From contig OZ024740.1 of assembly GCA_964016885.1 (NCBI GenBank), forward strand, positions 164,176,001 through 164,240,000: a DNA stretch of 64,000 bases, written 5' to 3'. Positions 29,020-45,769 of the stretch are shown here, one piece after another. How positions within the stretch are numbered: the stretch's first letter is position 1; each line of letters opens with the position of its first letter. A model generated the notes under the pieces. It saw only the letters and a program-made list of their open reading frames with translations. It was not told the origin of the DNA and searched no databases. A program made the position numbers and the translations under genes. The DNA comes from Eledone cirrhosa. Its lineage: Eukaryota.

Positions 29020-29838
29020 TAGAAAGACTGAACAATCTACCAACTAACCTACATCGGACGTCCACACCAGGCGTATATGTGTGTAACACGTTAATCATAG
29101 CAGCGAGATAAATGGTAAATTCTGTTGGTGCTAACACACAACCGTTTTTCAAGCCAACAGTTATACAGAAAGGGTCTGGAAAGGTACGTTTGTTACAGTC
29201 CTTCAGAAGCATGCAATAATGTATGTAGCGAACAAGACACAAATTGTCTCAGAGAAATTTAAACGGGATAAAGTGATACATTGCCAATCTTGGCACTTTT
29301 TCAAAGGTCTTTTGTAGATCCCAGAAAATAAACGTAAGTAGGTGCTGTTGTTCTCAGATTTTTCTCCTGAATATATGGTGCATAGAATAAAGTGTCAAGA
29401 GTTCCTCCGAAGAGAGGATAGTCATATTGAGATTCAGGAAGAACATCATCTGTCAGTGTGAATATCTTGCCAACGAGGATGCGTGAGAATGTCTCGCTAA
29501 CAGTGCTCAACCATGACATGGCACGGTATATTTCACAGAAAGTTCTATCAGAGTTCTTGAAGTTAATAGCTATATTAGTATTTTTGAATTTTTCTAGAAT
29601 ATCTCCTGCTAACTAGATCAAGTCAATCAGAAGGTCCCGCTGCAGTTGAAGCTATAGACTACCATGCTTAAAGAGCCCGAAAAGAATAACATCGGGGCAA
29701 GGTGGCTTACCTGACTGCATGTGTTCTGAAGCCTCTTCAAACTCATTCTTAGATGGTGGCAGGGATAAGGGGATTTCCAGCTTTTTATGTTCATTGGTAG
29801 GATGCTTGAAGGACAGAGATGGTAAAGCTATTCTCATA
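29020..29838 (-). mobile_element. Degraded RTE-like LINE RT fragment
   Basis: [30 protein letters not shown] motifs with frameshifts. Confidence 0.75.
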
Positions 29839-30184
29839 GAACCAAAAGATATCCCACTGCGCTGGGGATAATACTTAGAAAGTCACCTAAGCAATCTCTC
29901 TCTCTATATATAAAAAAGACTCCAGTTGCATTTTCGATTTCATCTTTTTTTCTTATACTTTCATTCGTATAGGACATCTCGTTTTTTTTCATCTTATAAT
30001 GGTCCACCTGGTTTCTTACCACACTTTCGTTATGTCTTGAGCAAGACACTTTATTTCACGTTGTTCTTTCTACCTGGAGTTGCGACCCATAGATAGTATT
30101 AGCAACTGGAAAGACTAACGGAAACATTGTTTCCTCGGTCCGATTTGACGAAAGTTTATCGATCCTTATATATTATTATTATAA

Positions 30185-30318
30185 TAGTTTCGTCCCTTTA
30201 CTGTCTAAGTTCAAATCCCGTGGAGGTTAACTTTGCCTTTCATCCTTATGGGGTCGATAAAATAAAGTACCAGTATTGTACTGGGTAATTGCTGGCCTTG
30301 TGCCAAAAGTAGAAACAA
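30185..30318 (+). mobile_element. SINE, truncated
   Basis: Same core as 8497-8680. Confidence 0.85.
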
Positions 30319-30347
30319 TTATTATATCTATCTATCTATCTATCTAT

Positions 30348-30574
30348 CTAGGGCGGGTAAAATTATCGAGATCCATGGACGAGTTCTCTCCTGCGGTCTC
30401 TGTCCCTCATTATCGCTGCCATCTCCAGCGTCTCCAACAGGCCAGTGTCTGTCCTTAGGGCATAAACATACGTTAACCTTGGTCTTCCTCTTCCAGTGTG
30501 TCCAAGTAGGGGCTCCCACAGGAGCACTGAGTGCAATGTCAACTCTGGATGTCCAGCTAACCTCAGTCTCCTCT
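30348..30574 (-). mobile_element. 3' end of the same LINE family as 6733-6968
   Basis: Shared ACAGAGGAGACTGAGGTTAGCTGGACAT...CCGCCCTA end; here followed by (TAGA)n. Confidence 0.85.
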
Positions 30575-30593
30575 GTATTATATATATATATAC

Positions 30594-30644
<51 letters not shown>

Positions 30645-30785
30645 AAAGTTCTATTTAAAGTTGTTGGGATACAACAAGTAAATATTTTTATAACTGATAT
30701 AAAGCACTCGACAAGTTTTTGGAGTAGATATACGATATTAATAAATGGAAACTATATTTATAAAACCATATTTATTTCATTATAC

Positions 30786-30833
<48 letters not shown>

Positions 30834-31050
30834 AACTATTTCAATCATATCTTATTTTGTTTGATCCGTTTAGCTTGTTCGCTTTTTTGGGTAAGGTGGT
30901 TAATGGCTTCTTAACCATCGTCTCAGTTTGTATGACCATTTTAACTTATGTTTATAGCTCTGGTATCTTCATTTCCATGGAGCGCTTGTCTGAACAATAC
31001 AGAAGTTGCGTTTCGCCAATTTCTACCGGCCGAAATGCGATTCTCGCTAA

Positions 31051-31121
<71 letters not shown>

Positions 31122-31128
<7 letters not shown>

Positions 31129-31477
31129 GTGAGGTTTTTTTACAAAATGAAAAATAACCGAGGTGTCCTACACGAGTGAAAGTATAAGGAAAAAAGATGA
31201 AATCGAAAATGCAACTGGAGTTTTATTTAAAAAAAAATATATATATTTATTTGGTTCCTTTTCCGGTTTCGCAGTTATTCTGCTTTTCAAAAGTAGAGTT
31301 GAGATTGAGGGTCTGTGGTTTTTCTCACATCTCAATGTGAGAAAAACAACAGACCCTCCATCTCAACTCTACTTTTGAAAAGCAGAAGAACTGCGAAACC
31401 GGTAAAGGAACCAAATAAATATATATATTTTTTAAAAAAATAAGACCTCAGTTGCATTTTCGATTTCATCGTTTTTC

Positions 31478-31480
<3 letters not shown>
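31122..31480 (-). mobile_element. Hairpin element family C (about 143-bp arms)
   Basis: Arms about 31186-31330 / 31335-31479, loop CTCA; homologs 15340, 29905-29990, 44355-44607, 45528-45730. Confidence 0.92.
31372..31407 (+). ncRNA. Minimal hammerhead ribozyme, U3:A8 core variant
   Basis: CTT TTGAAAA GCAG-aagaa-CTGC GAAA CCGG TA AAG. Confidence 0.7.
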
Positions 31481-31522
<42 letters not shown>

Positions 31523-31524
<2 letters not shown>

Positions 31525-31713
31525 CGAAGGAAGTGTGTTAAAGAACCAGATGGACAATAACGCACCAGAGTACTCAATACTTAAGGTAGTAGAGTGGTTA
31601 ATAGGAAAATGTTTAACCGCGATGGCAGAGCTCAAGCCGTTTCGACGGCTATTTCTGGACTAGAAATAGCCGTCGAAACGGCTTGAGCTCTGCCGTCGGG
31701 GTTAAACATTTTC
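31523..31713 (-). mobile_element. Hairpin element family A, copy 3
   Basis: Arms around loop GGACT near 31657-31661; tail is the reverse complement of copies 1 and 2. Confidence 0.9.
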
Positions 31714-31733
31714 ATATATATATATATATATAT

Positions 31734-32005
31734 ACGTGGGAAAGTAAAAAATCGGAGAATAGACCGTTAAAACATACGTACGTAGGTGCTGTTTTAAATA
31801 AACATGTTTTAACGGTCTATTCTCCGATTTTTTACTTTCCCACGTGCTTACGATCTGCTAACTCTCTAGCCCACTAAATATTAACACTTTGAATATTTAA
31901 TACTGCCGGCACTAGTATCGAGCACCTTTGGCATACGCTACTTGGCAAACAACTATATGTATCACCTATCCTCCCCTTTTTTTTCTCTTTCTCGATACGT
32001 AAATA

Positions 32006-32008
<3 letters not shown>
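31734..32008 (+). mobile_element. 5'-truncated, 5'-inverted copy of the 3' end of the PLE at 34344-36138
   Basis: Perfect 42-bp arms 31734-31775 / 31804-31845; 31776-32006 aligns with 35921-36135. Confidence 0.9.
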
Positions 32009-32056
<48 letters not shown>

Positions 32057-32090
32057 TGTGTTTGTGTGTGTGTAAAAGGTAAACAGAAAT

Positions 32091-32200
32091 AACAACACAA
32101 TCGGTACAGTATATGGAAGGTATAAATTAGGTTAACGCTTGATATAGCAGGAAGAGGGTCTTAACGTTTCGGACGCTAGTCCTTCATCAGAAGAAAGAAT
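32091..32200 (-). mobile_element. HHR element family G
   Basis: Minus strand CTGATGA A GGAC-tagc-GTCC GAAACGTT AAGA; homolog at 53771-53880 (+). Confidence 0.75.
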
Positions 32201-32370
32201 GAGAAATGAAATAGATTGAGGGGTTTACATTACATGATTTATTCAATTTTATCTAATTATCATCTATATTTATAGTTATCTGCATTGTAGCGACTACACA
32301 CACACACACACACAGACACACACACACACATATATTTATTTATATATATATATATATTATATATATATAA

Positions 32371-32447
<77 letters not shown>

Positions 32448-33250
32448 TATATGTATATATGTATATGTGTATGTATGAATGTATGTATGAATGTATTTAT
32501 GTATGCATACATGTATGTCTATATGTTTGTTTGTATGTATATAAGCATTAAATCGTTTCAGATACAGAGGAGAATAAAAACATTAGTCCTCTTATTGCTT
32601 AAATGTTTTCACTTAACCTAGGGAAGGGGCCAGGTTGTGACCTAGATCTTTCTTGTATGCTTTAGCTATAGTCTCCACAGCACATATGTATGGAATCACT
32701 ATTTCACCCGAACGGGATAGAAATATAAATAGCTCTTAAACCTTTTATGTGTGCAAGGATATATATATATACATATATATATAGATATGTGTGTTTATGT
32801 TTTTCTGTAAGTGGCTATGTTTGAATGTATGTGATTGTGTCTGAGGCTCTGTGTGTGTCTATGTGTATGTGAGAAGGAGTGTGTTCGTGGTTAATGCATG
32901 CGGAGATTTAGATTTAGGTAGGTGCATTGGCATATCTGCATGGCAATGAAGAGTCTCTCAAAAAAGCATTATGAAATTTACCAGTAAATATTCAATCTGC
33001 TGGTAAAGAACAACACTAGTTTAAATGGATTCTACTGTTTAGCTGTGCTGGTGAGAAATTTGCATCGTAACCACGTGTTCGATCTTACTGCTTATCGCAC
33101 TCAACAAGTGTGTTTTGCCATAACCACTGAATGACGAATTCTTTGTGAGTTGAACTTTCGAGGCCTGTCAAACACACACACTCACGCGCACGCACACACA
33201 CATATACATATGTTTATATATATATATAATAAGGGTTGACGGACCGACCA

Positions 33251-33318
<68 letters not shown>

Positions 33319-33696
33319 AGTGGAAGCTTAGTAAAATCGAAGCTTTGGCTGCGGCCAAGCAAAATCGACCTACAATTAGGAATGAGTAGCAAAGCACTCA
33401 ATAACGGTAGGTCCTCAGAGTAATAACATACGTTTAGATAGCTTGACAAATTGAAAATTGCGGCAGGCAAAACCCAGCCATACAATACCAAAACAACGAA
33501 AAAGCTAATTAGGTTAGACAACAGACCTGGACAAATCGAACTATATTCTGCAATACGTCCGATATGTTTCTATGAAATACGAAATCATCAACCCAACTTA
33601 CGTAATACGTAAGCTTGTGGTATTAAATGATCGAACAGGGGATTCACGTCATCGACAGGTATTTCGTTCTATGCCTCAAACCGATGTGAACTGCAA

Positions 33697-33792
<96 letters not shown>

Positions 33793-33959
33793 TATATAAA
33801 TTCCCATCTGAACTCTTGACCAGTCCACTAACACAATTGAGATTTTCTATGTGAAGGAATACAGCTACCACCACTGCTGCAGCTACTATCACCTCTCTCT
33901 CTCTATACACAAGAGTTCATTTAACAGTCTCGTTCTCAACAAGGAAGATGCAAAAACTT

Positions 33960-36138
<2,179 letters not shown>

Positions 36139-36189
36139 CTCTCTCTCTCTCTATATATATATATTTATATACACACACATCGTTTTAGT

Positions 36190-36940
36190 TCAATGCACTC
36201 GTAGTAAGGCTTCAGCCACGCCATGAAGATCCCATGGAAACCTCCTAATTAAAGGTGTCTATGCCACTTATCACAACCACCTTTATCTTCTCAATGTCTT
36301 CAAAACGACTGCAACAGAGGTTTTTCTGCTACTTGGTGATCAACCAAATGTCACAGAAAACAAGGTATGAACTATAGGGAGTGTGAGGGATAGTTTTGAT
36401 ACCCATCACTGTCAAATAGTTAGTGGACTGGTGCATTTACTTGGTGCAGGTGCCACCGACCCGGTGGAAGAGCTCTGGCGTTTTGCGACGAAATCTCTTC
36501 CTGAACACCTTTAAAACTTCCACTAAATATACTTTGGTCATCGTCTGGCCATAGGGAATCCAGTGAATATAGATAGTGCCCTTGCTATCGAAAACGAGGA
36601 TCATTATGAGCTTCCTAAGGGACTTGCTTTACCTTGCCTTGTTGGGTTTAGGGATGCCAGCATGCTTCCATTGGGCACTTTGTCTCTTGGTCTCTAGATC
36701 ACAACAATAAATCCAACTTTCACCACAAGACACCAATGACTCAAGTTCTTGGGGGAATGAGCTCAACTATCTCACCACAGTCACCAACGTGTCTTTCCTT
36801 CTGTTCGCCTTTGAGTACCCTGAGAACAAATGTTGTGTATGTTCAGATCTTCATCAATAATGTTGTGTACAGTTGTCACATAAATTTCTGTAGCGTTTGT
36901 GCCCAGTTTAACACAAAACCTTATTGTATTGCGAGCTTCC
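36190..36940 (-). pseudogene. Mariner transposase remnant
   Basis: IRFCVKLGTNATEIY; GESWIYCCDLETKRQSAQW; FDSKGTIYIHWIPYGQTM. Confidence 0.8.
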
Positions 36941-37134
36941 AAATTGTCTTCACGTACCGACTGCACAGTTGCGCCTACATGATGGTCCTGTTTGATTCCT
37001 TCATGACAACCTTCGGTCACAAATATCAAAGGTGATCTGTGAGGAGTTAGGTTGGAAAGGTCTGTCTCACCCACTATATTCGCCCAACCTCGCAATGAGG
37101 TTTTCTCTCAATGAGCAATCAATGCAACGAAAGA

Positions 37135-37350
37135 CCTTCACCAATGAAGACTAGTTAAATCAGTGACTGGCGGAATTCTTTGCATCGAAGCCAGAATAAT
37201 TCAACGGAGATGGAATCTCTTATGCCTTCCTAAACAATGGCTGACGGTAATGAGGGCGATTATTTTGACTTGTAAAAGTTTCCTAATGTTAATAAACGCC
37301 AAAGTCAATAAAAAACTGAAAAACTGCGACAAATTTCAGTCCAATCTAAT
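37135..37350 (+). mobile_element. Possible mariner 3' end with TIR-like terminus
   Basis: LPKQWLTV-like C-terminal remnant, then AATTTCAGTCCAATCTAATA. Confidence 0.4.
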
Positions 37351-37364
37351 ACATTCAACCCCCC

Positions 37365-37396
<32 letters not shown>

Positions 37397-37453
37397 GTAT
37401 ATATATATACATATATATAAACATATATATATATGTATGTATACATACATACA

Positions 37454-37487
<34 letters not shown>

Positions 37488-38511
37488 CATGCATATATAT
37501 AAAAACACATATATATATATACATATGCATGCCTAAATTAGATAAATAAAATAATATAAATAAATAACTAAAGATCAAAGAACCAAATAAATATAGCCGA
37601 GGATCAAAGCAACTGGGCGCTTGAAAAACCCAAATATCCCTAATTAATCGATTAAACAATAAGCTTCCCCTAGTCTTAACAACACAGTTTACGCAAGATT
37701 ATCTACTGTTTTGCTGACTGCCTGCCTGACTGACTTGTTGGTTGGTTAAATATATTGAATAGATTGGATCCGAATAGAAATTCCTTACAACAAATCTTCG
37801 TTTTTCTGGATTTCAACACACACGTACACAGATATTATAGACACACACATACACACACACATACACACAGACACAGACACACACACTCGCGCACGCACAC
37901 ATGTCTGTCTGTCTGTATGTATTATGAAACATTTAACCCGCTACCTTAGGTTTCAAGACATAGGCGCAGTAAGCATCTAAGACTGTAAACAATGGTCCAG
38001 AATCTATAAGCAGATCGATGTTTCTTATCATTTCATCAGGCACAGAGACGAAATGTCTGAGAGAAATTCAAATTTAGATCCAAATTGAAAAGGGGGAAAA
38101 ATATGTTAATACCTTATCGAAGGAGGCGACACTTGTGTAGTCTTGGGAAAATGGTTTAATGTGTAGAAACAAATAGTAATGCAATATTATCAAGTATGGC
38201 ATATGTATGAATGTTTGTGTGTGTTCGATTGTTCGTGAGTAAATCAGGTCAATTTATAGTGTAGTTCGGGAATCTTTTAAAAAGCCTTCTTTTTATTGTT
38301 TTTACAAGAGAGACCCAACATCGATAAATTATTGCTCGAGAAGGAAGATATTAAGATTGATGTTTTACGAACATACAAATAATTTTCAACACTGGATTTA
38401 ATGTAAAAATATCAACGGTTTACGTCTTGTAGTTTTCATAATAATTTCACGCATGCTACTGATTTTTTCTTATTTATATGTTTATATATACATATATAGA
38501 TATATAGATAC

Positions 38512-38613
<102 letters not shown>

Positions 38614-39175
38614 CGTGTGTGCATATGTGTGTATGTATGTAGGTTTCATTAATACTTTTTTTACTAGTAACCCTACGATACTTTGCCACCACCGTAAAGC
38701 ACGTAAACAATATACAACGATTGCAGCAATCTTTACTTTGAAGATGGGTATGTGAAGGTCTTGAAACGTTAAACGTATGTACTTGAGAAAAATATTTTTC
38801 AAATCAGGTATAAAGAACTAATAATGAAATATCAAAAAAAATATTTAATAAAAAGATCAGACATACAGTCGTTGACTTGATAGACTGTTCCTGTAATTTG
38901 TGTCGAAGAAGTAATCCGTGTCCCGATTTAACACAGCTTCCTTAGAAGAGATCAACTTTCTCTTGTCTGAGAATACATTCCTCCTTTCTTAACTATTTCA
39001 CAGGCTCTGAAATGTCATGAGTACAATTCCTCCAACTCTAACTGAACCGTAAAAATAAATATTTATATTAAACATGATTAATATTATAGGTTTAATTATT
39101 TCCAAAGTTTTCAACATTATAAATAACTACAGTGTAGTGAAAATCACAAATTTAGAAAATAATTGTTTTTACGTT

Positions 39176-39578
39176 AGCCAGCAATTTGAAGGGGAGGGCA
39201 AAGTCGATTAAATCGATCCCAGTGCATACTGGTACTTTATTTTATTTCATCGACCCCGTAAGGATGAAGAGCAAAGCTATCCACGGCGGGATTTGAAATT
39301 AGACCATAAAGGGTCGTAACTCTATGCCGCTAAGCATCGTGCCCGACACTCTACCGATACTACCAATCCACCACCCTTACGAATTTAAGAAATTGTTCTT
39401 TCTAGTTGTGGCACAAGGCCAGTAATTACCCCAGTGCCTTACTGGTGCTTTATTTTATCGATCCTGTGAGGATGAAAAGCTAAGTTAACCATGGCGGGAT
39501 TTGAACTCAGACCATAAAGGGCTGTAACTCTATGCTGCAAAGCATGGCGTCCGACCCTCTACCGATACAGCCAATCCA
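39176..39578 (-). mobile_element. Two tandem SINE copies
   Basis: Two reverse-complement SINE cores (about 39176-39378 and 39395-39578). Confidence 0.85.
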
Positions 39579-40393
39579 AAGGAATAATAGTAAATGTAAG
39601 TTAACGTTATTTTCCAGTTATCTAAGCAATGATGACAACTGAAAGTTTCAGTTGCTTTGGCCGTTGACTGGGCAATTCTAAAATTTTCCCTATTTTTTAA
39701 TGGTTCTCTAGTAAGTAGCGCAAACAATCTATTGGTGTGGGTAAACTGGTACCACCGCTCCCCACCACCACCTCAAAATATTGGTTGAATTAATTCTAAT
39801 AGTGTCGACATGAGATGTTCGAAGTTATCTACCTTGCCTGCTTGATCAGAGAACAGATTTAGTTAACTCAAATATTTTTTGAATCGCCACTGTTGTTATT
39901 TATAATGCTGAAAGCTGTGGAAATAATTAAAACCAAACTTTGTATAATTTCAATATGGGGTCAGTCTCCCGTTTAATTAAAATATCAATCAAACCCATTT
40001 CCCGGCGTCACTCAAAGTTTTTTTACGAACAATGTTTTCAATATAAGTTAGTTACTTGAGGATTAATAATGAAGGGCGAAGGAGACAATACTTCAATTGA
40101 CGAACGAAAAACAAGAAGAAGGAGGAGGAAAGAAGAAGAGAAAAGAATGAGTTGAAGGAAGATGCACATTCCAGAGAGTTCTATTTTCATGAACAAATAC
40201 ATATAATATATATATACATCTTTTATTCATTTTTACAAGTTCCAGCAATCCGGCTGAGACCATGCTGGGGCACCGCCCTTGATATATATATATATATATA
40301 TATACATTTATAATCACACCCACAATTATATATCAGACGCATATGTATGAATTTATCTACCTGTTTCTCTCTTTCTCACTCTCACTCCCAGTC

Positions 40394-40469
<76 letters not shown>

Positions 40470-41225
40470 TTATATATATATACATATATATATTTATAGC
40501 TTCATAGTTAAATACCCATTGGTTTTTAATATAATTCCTGTAAGTAAAAAACAAAATAGTTTCCGTTAAAACAATGTGATTATGTAACGTAAAGAATTGT
40601 GTTTCAAGAAAATCTATTTTCAGAATTCTGCACCCAACATGGAATCTGCCTTCATTTCTTGCTTCATCGGCACAGACTCCCATTTCGAAAATACCTTTTC
40701 GCTACGCAGTATATATAATTCAAGCATGTATTTCGTTGGTGCAACGTGAGGAGACCGTTGGTTGATGTAGTGTTTGTACAACGGAAGCTTGCTTTAAAAC
40801 ATCGTAAGGTTGTTTACATATTTAGTTGTTACATCTTTCGGTCTTTTCCGTGAATTCTATACATTTACACGTTTTTCAGACATATTTAGAAGGAGCTTAT
40901 ATGAAGTGTAGGAACGTAGATCTTGGCATTGGACTAATAGTATATATATATATATATATATCTCCCTCTCTCTTTCTCTCATTTCTTTCTTTCTCTCTCA
41001 CTTCTATGTATATATATACACATATACATACAAACATACATACATACATACATTCATACACTCACTCACTCACAGGAACACACACACACACACTCTACAC
41101 ACACACACACACGACACACACACATAACACACACACATATATATAGCATACATATTTACACACCCACACACCTACACTACATATATTTGCATTTATATAT
41201 TATATATATATATATATATATGTGC

Positions 41226-41282
<57 letters not shown>

Positions 41283-41736
41283 CATAGTTGTACACATGAG
41301 GGACGGAGATGTTGCTTGCTGAGGCTGATCTATACTGGGATGGATCCATTCAAAAACCATCAATTTGAACCCAAACATTCAATAAATGCACAAGTTATAC
41401 AATTAACAGTCTTCTACTAAAGAAGTTTTCCTTATATCACTGATCGGATTGTGATTTAATTATGTGTAGAAATGTTGGGACAATCGCCTCTCCTCGTGAA
41501 TTCCACTCCTCAGAGATGACAACGCTCTTTCCATTTAATACAAATGGTGAATCCGCGACCGGACTGTCTCGACTTGATTGCAAATGGCGTGATGAGTTGA
41601 CAGGCTCGGAGATCAGGGCGCGGGTCTCAATTTGTCAAAGCATTCTGACTTTTCTTTAGGAGACGGTAATTCATCAACCTCCTCTCCTTTCCTATATCAC
41701 GTTTTCGTCACGCGTTCATACGTGCACACTCCCATA

Positions 41737-41846
<110 letters not shown>

Positions 41847-41968
41847 CACACACACACGCACATGTATATATGCACAGACACACATACATGCACACACATA
41901 CACACACATATATATATATAAACAGATATTTATATATATTCATATATACATATATATATATATTATAT

Positions 41969-42143
<175 letters not shown>

Positions 42144-44060
42144 GCAAACATACATACACACATATAAACAACAACTAAAGCGACAAACAAGCATACACAA
42201 ACAAACAAGTACGACAACGTACACAGATTTTGCAACAAAATTCTTTAGGGAAGAGCGAGGGGAGGTGGTGGCAGTGAAGATGAGGGCAGCGGTGTGGGTG
42301 GAGTAAGGCGTGAAAGAACAAACGAAATAAAGAAACTGATGAAAAAGAAAAAGGGAACATCAACACCAACAACAACAAGTCATGTTATGTTAGTTAGTCA
42401 ATGGCGCTCCACCCGGATTAGTCCCACTCACACTCACTTTTATGACATTATCGCAGCTTTTGTTGCATGGTTGACAGATTTATTAATTAAACACAATACT
42501 TGTTTTTCCGTTTTTATTGATATTTTCATCGTTTTATTTGTGAAATTACAGTTGTTTTTACAGTTGTCGTTACAATAAATACGTTTGTTTAAGGGAGTTT
42601 TAATGTTTATTTTTTTTAAACTACACAAATCAACAACATAAACACATTGTCTATAGTACAGTCCATACATACATACATGCATACATACATACATACATAT
42701 ATACATGCATACATACGTACGTACGTACATATATACATTCACACATACGTACATTCATACATACATATATACATTCTTACATACATATATACATACGTAC
42801 ATACATACATACGTACGTACATCCATACATACGTAAACATATACATACATAAAACACACATACATACATTCATACATACATATATATACATACATACAAA
42901 CACACATACATACATACAAATATACAAACATACATGCGTTTTTTAAAATTTATAATATTATAAAGCCAGAAGAACATACATACATACATTCATATATATA
43001 TACATACATATATTCATACATACATTCATACATGCATACATACATACACACATACATACATGCATACATATATATACATACATAACTACTGGATCTGAGC
43101 ATAATTATCAAATTCGTTAAATTTTCAATCTTTCTCTTTCGACAGAAACCTTTAGTGTTTCGTATCGGACAGGAAAAAAATAAATTCATAAAAATAAATT
43201 CATAAAAATAAAAATAATAAAAAATAAAACTTTAAAAAAGTAAGAAAGACTTAACCATTTTTCACGCCTGCTGTAATCCACTTAAGGGCTAAATACGAAA
43301 ATATTTAACTCCTGACCTTTTATTTCATCTTAGTTGTTTTTTATATAATATTCGTTAAATTTGTTATTGCTTCATTGATGTTAATGAAATTTTTAAGAAA
43401 GACGTCTTCAACACCACTACTCCAGTATTGTGGCATGGGGCTGCTAGAAGAACATCTTTACCACAAAGAAAAACGACTAATATTGTAAACGGTCGGTGTT
43501 TAAATATTTTAGCAATTACAAGAAAAATTCCACTCGTTTATTATGTTAGAAAAATCAAAATGAAGAAAAATAAACACATACATAAAAAGTAGAAACTAAA
43601 AACTTTAGCAGACATGACCACGTGATTGTGAACTTCGCTTCGTAAAAATGTGGTTTCTGGTTCGGTACCACTGCATGGCATCACCTTAAGCAATCACCTT
43701 TTGTTATACACTTGGAGTAAAATTCCCTAGACAGAAACCGTGTGAACAAAATGCATTTAGAAAATTGAAAATCAATAAATTAAAAGAAAGAAACTCTTGA
43801 TGTAAACATTTTAAAAATTTTTAATGAACTTTTTAAAGTCGTGTGTGTGGAAACATCTGATTTTATTAGGTGTGGTACTGTTCATTAGACACCATTTAAG
43901 GAACTGATCTAAGAACTAACTTTGGTACCCCTAAAGATTGTAGAAGTAGTTGTCAAATGGTCGCAAATCAGGCCTGGTTCAGGTGAACAGATAGATGAAT
44001 ATTGTAAGTGTCTTAAAGTACTACCGTACACACACACGAACAGAGAGAGAGAGAGAGAGA

Positions 44061-44129
<69 letters not shown>

Positions 44130-44307
44130 GGGGATACATATATATTTATATGCATGTATATGTATGCAGGATATCCATAGATAAAAGGTCAAAGAAAACA
44201 ATGGTCAATTTATTGCAAGAGAGCTTTTTTAGTTACTTCAAAATTCCATACATTTATCCGCTCCTCCTCTATGCAGTGGTGGCTATAATTGGATCCCGAC
44301 ACACAAG

Positions 44308-44354
<47 letters not shown>

Positions 44355-44361
<7 letters not shown>

Positions 44362-44601
44362 AAAAAAAGATGAAATCGAAAATGCACTGGAGTCTTATTT
44401 AAAAAAAAATATATATATTTATTTGGTTCCTTTACTGTTTTCGCAGTTCTTCTGCTTTTCAAAAGTAGAGTTGAGATGGAGGGTCGGTGGTTTTTCTCAC
44501 ATCACATATTTTAAAAATAAGACCCCAGTTGCATTTTCGATTTCATCTTTTTTTCTTTATACTTTCACTCGGTTATTTTTCATTTTGTAAAAAAACATCA
44601 C

Positions 44602-44607
<6 letters not shown>
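44355..44607 (+). mobile_element. Family C copy, hairpin with most of one arm deleted
   Basis: Same fold point TTCTCACAT; residual arms GATGAAATCGAAAATGCA / TGCATTTTCGATTTCATC. Confidence 0.85.
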
Positions 44608-44663
<56 letters not shown>

Positions 44664-44889
44664 GAGTAAAATCGAAGTTGCAACTGCGATTAGCAGTTTC
44701 CGAAATCAATCTTGTTAGGCTGGTTCAAATCACTCAATGAGGTGATATCGATAAATCGATAAAATATAGCTCAGAGTAATAACAATACACTGAAAATTGT
44801 GACCGGAGACATGTTGCTACAACGCCACTACAACATTGAAAATACAAACAGGTTAAAGACGAACCTGGATCTGATCGATAGATATTATA

Positions 44890-45005
44890 TCTGAGTTCAA
44901 ATCCCGCCGAGGTTAACTTTGCCTCTCATCCTTACGGGGTCGATAAAATAAAGCACCAGTAATACACTGCGATAATTGCTGGTCTTGGGCCAAAAGCAGA
45001 AACAA
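44890..45005 (+). mobile_element. SINE, truncated
   Basis: CTGAGTTCAAATCCCGCCGAGG core. Confidence 0.85.
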
Positions 45006-45172
45006 TTATATAAATATCTTCGGTTGGTTTCTGGGAATACGAGAGCTACACACCAAGTTGCGTAACATGCATACCAGTAATGTATCCTAAGATGGAACGA
45101 GGATATCTCTTTCTCAACAGGCATTTCGTTCCGTTATCCATCAGCATATGTTTTCAGGCGTGTGAAATTTAG

Positions 45173-45296
<124 letters not shown>

Positions 45297-45452
45297 GGTG
45301 GGTGTGTGTGTGTGTGGGGCGTGTGTGCGTGTGCGTGCGCGTGTGCGTGTGTGTGTGAGTGTGTGTGTGTATGTATATACTACCGTTTGGAGAACTCTGC
45401 TAAATGTCGTGCATATAATTCTGTGAGGTTTGTTGAGAGCGGTGTGATGAAA

Positions 45453-45523
<71 letters not shown>

Positions 45524-45527
45524 TATA

Positions 45528-45725
45528 TTAGAAAGTGAGGTTTTTTTTACAAAATGAAAAATAACCGAGGTGTCCTACACGAGTGAAAGTATAAAGAAAA
45601 AGAGATGAAATCGAAAATGCAACTGGAGTCTTATTTTTAAAAAAAATATATATATTTATTTGGTTCCTTTACCGGTTTCGCAGTTCTTCTGCTTTTCAAA
45701 AGGTGAGTTGAGATGGAGGGTCTGT

Positions 45726-45730
<5 letters not shown>
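45528..45730 (-). mobile_element. Family C single-arm copy with intact U3:A8 HHR (45666-45703)
   Basis: Minus strand CCTT TTGAAAA GCAG-aagaa-CTGC GAAA CCGG TA AAGG; (TA)n both sides. Confidence 0.85.

Positions 45731-45769
<39 letters not shown>

Noticed and set aside
41300-41720. Possible host exon or regulatory sequence (also 60680-61080)
   Set aside because: Unique-looking, but no recognisable protein or convincing splice structure
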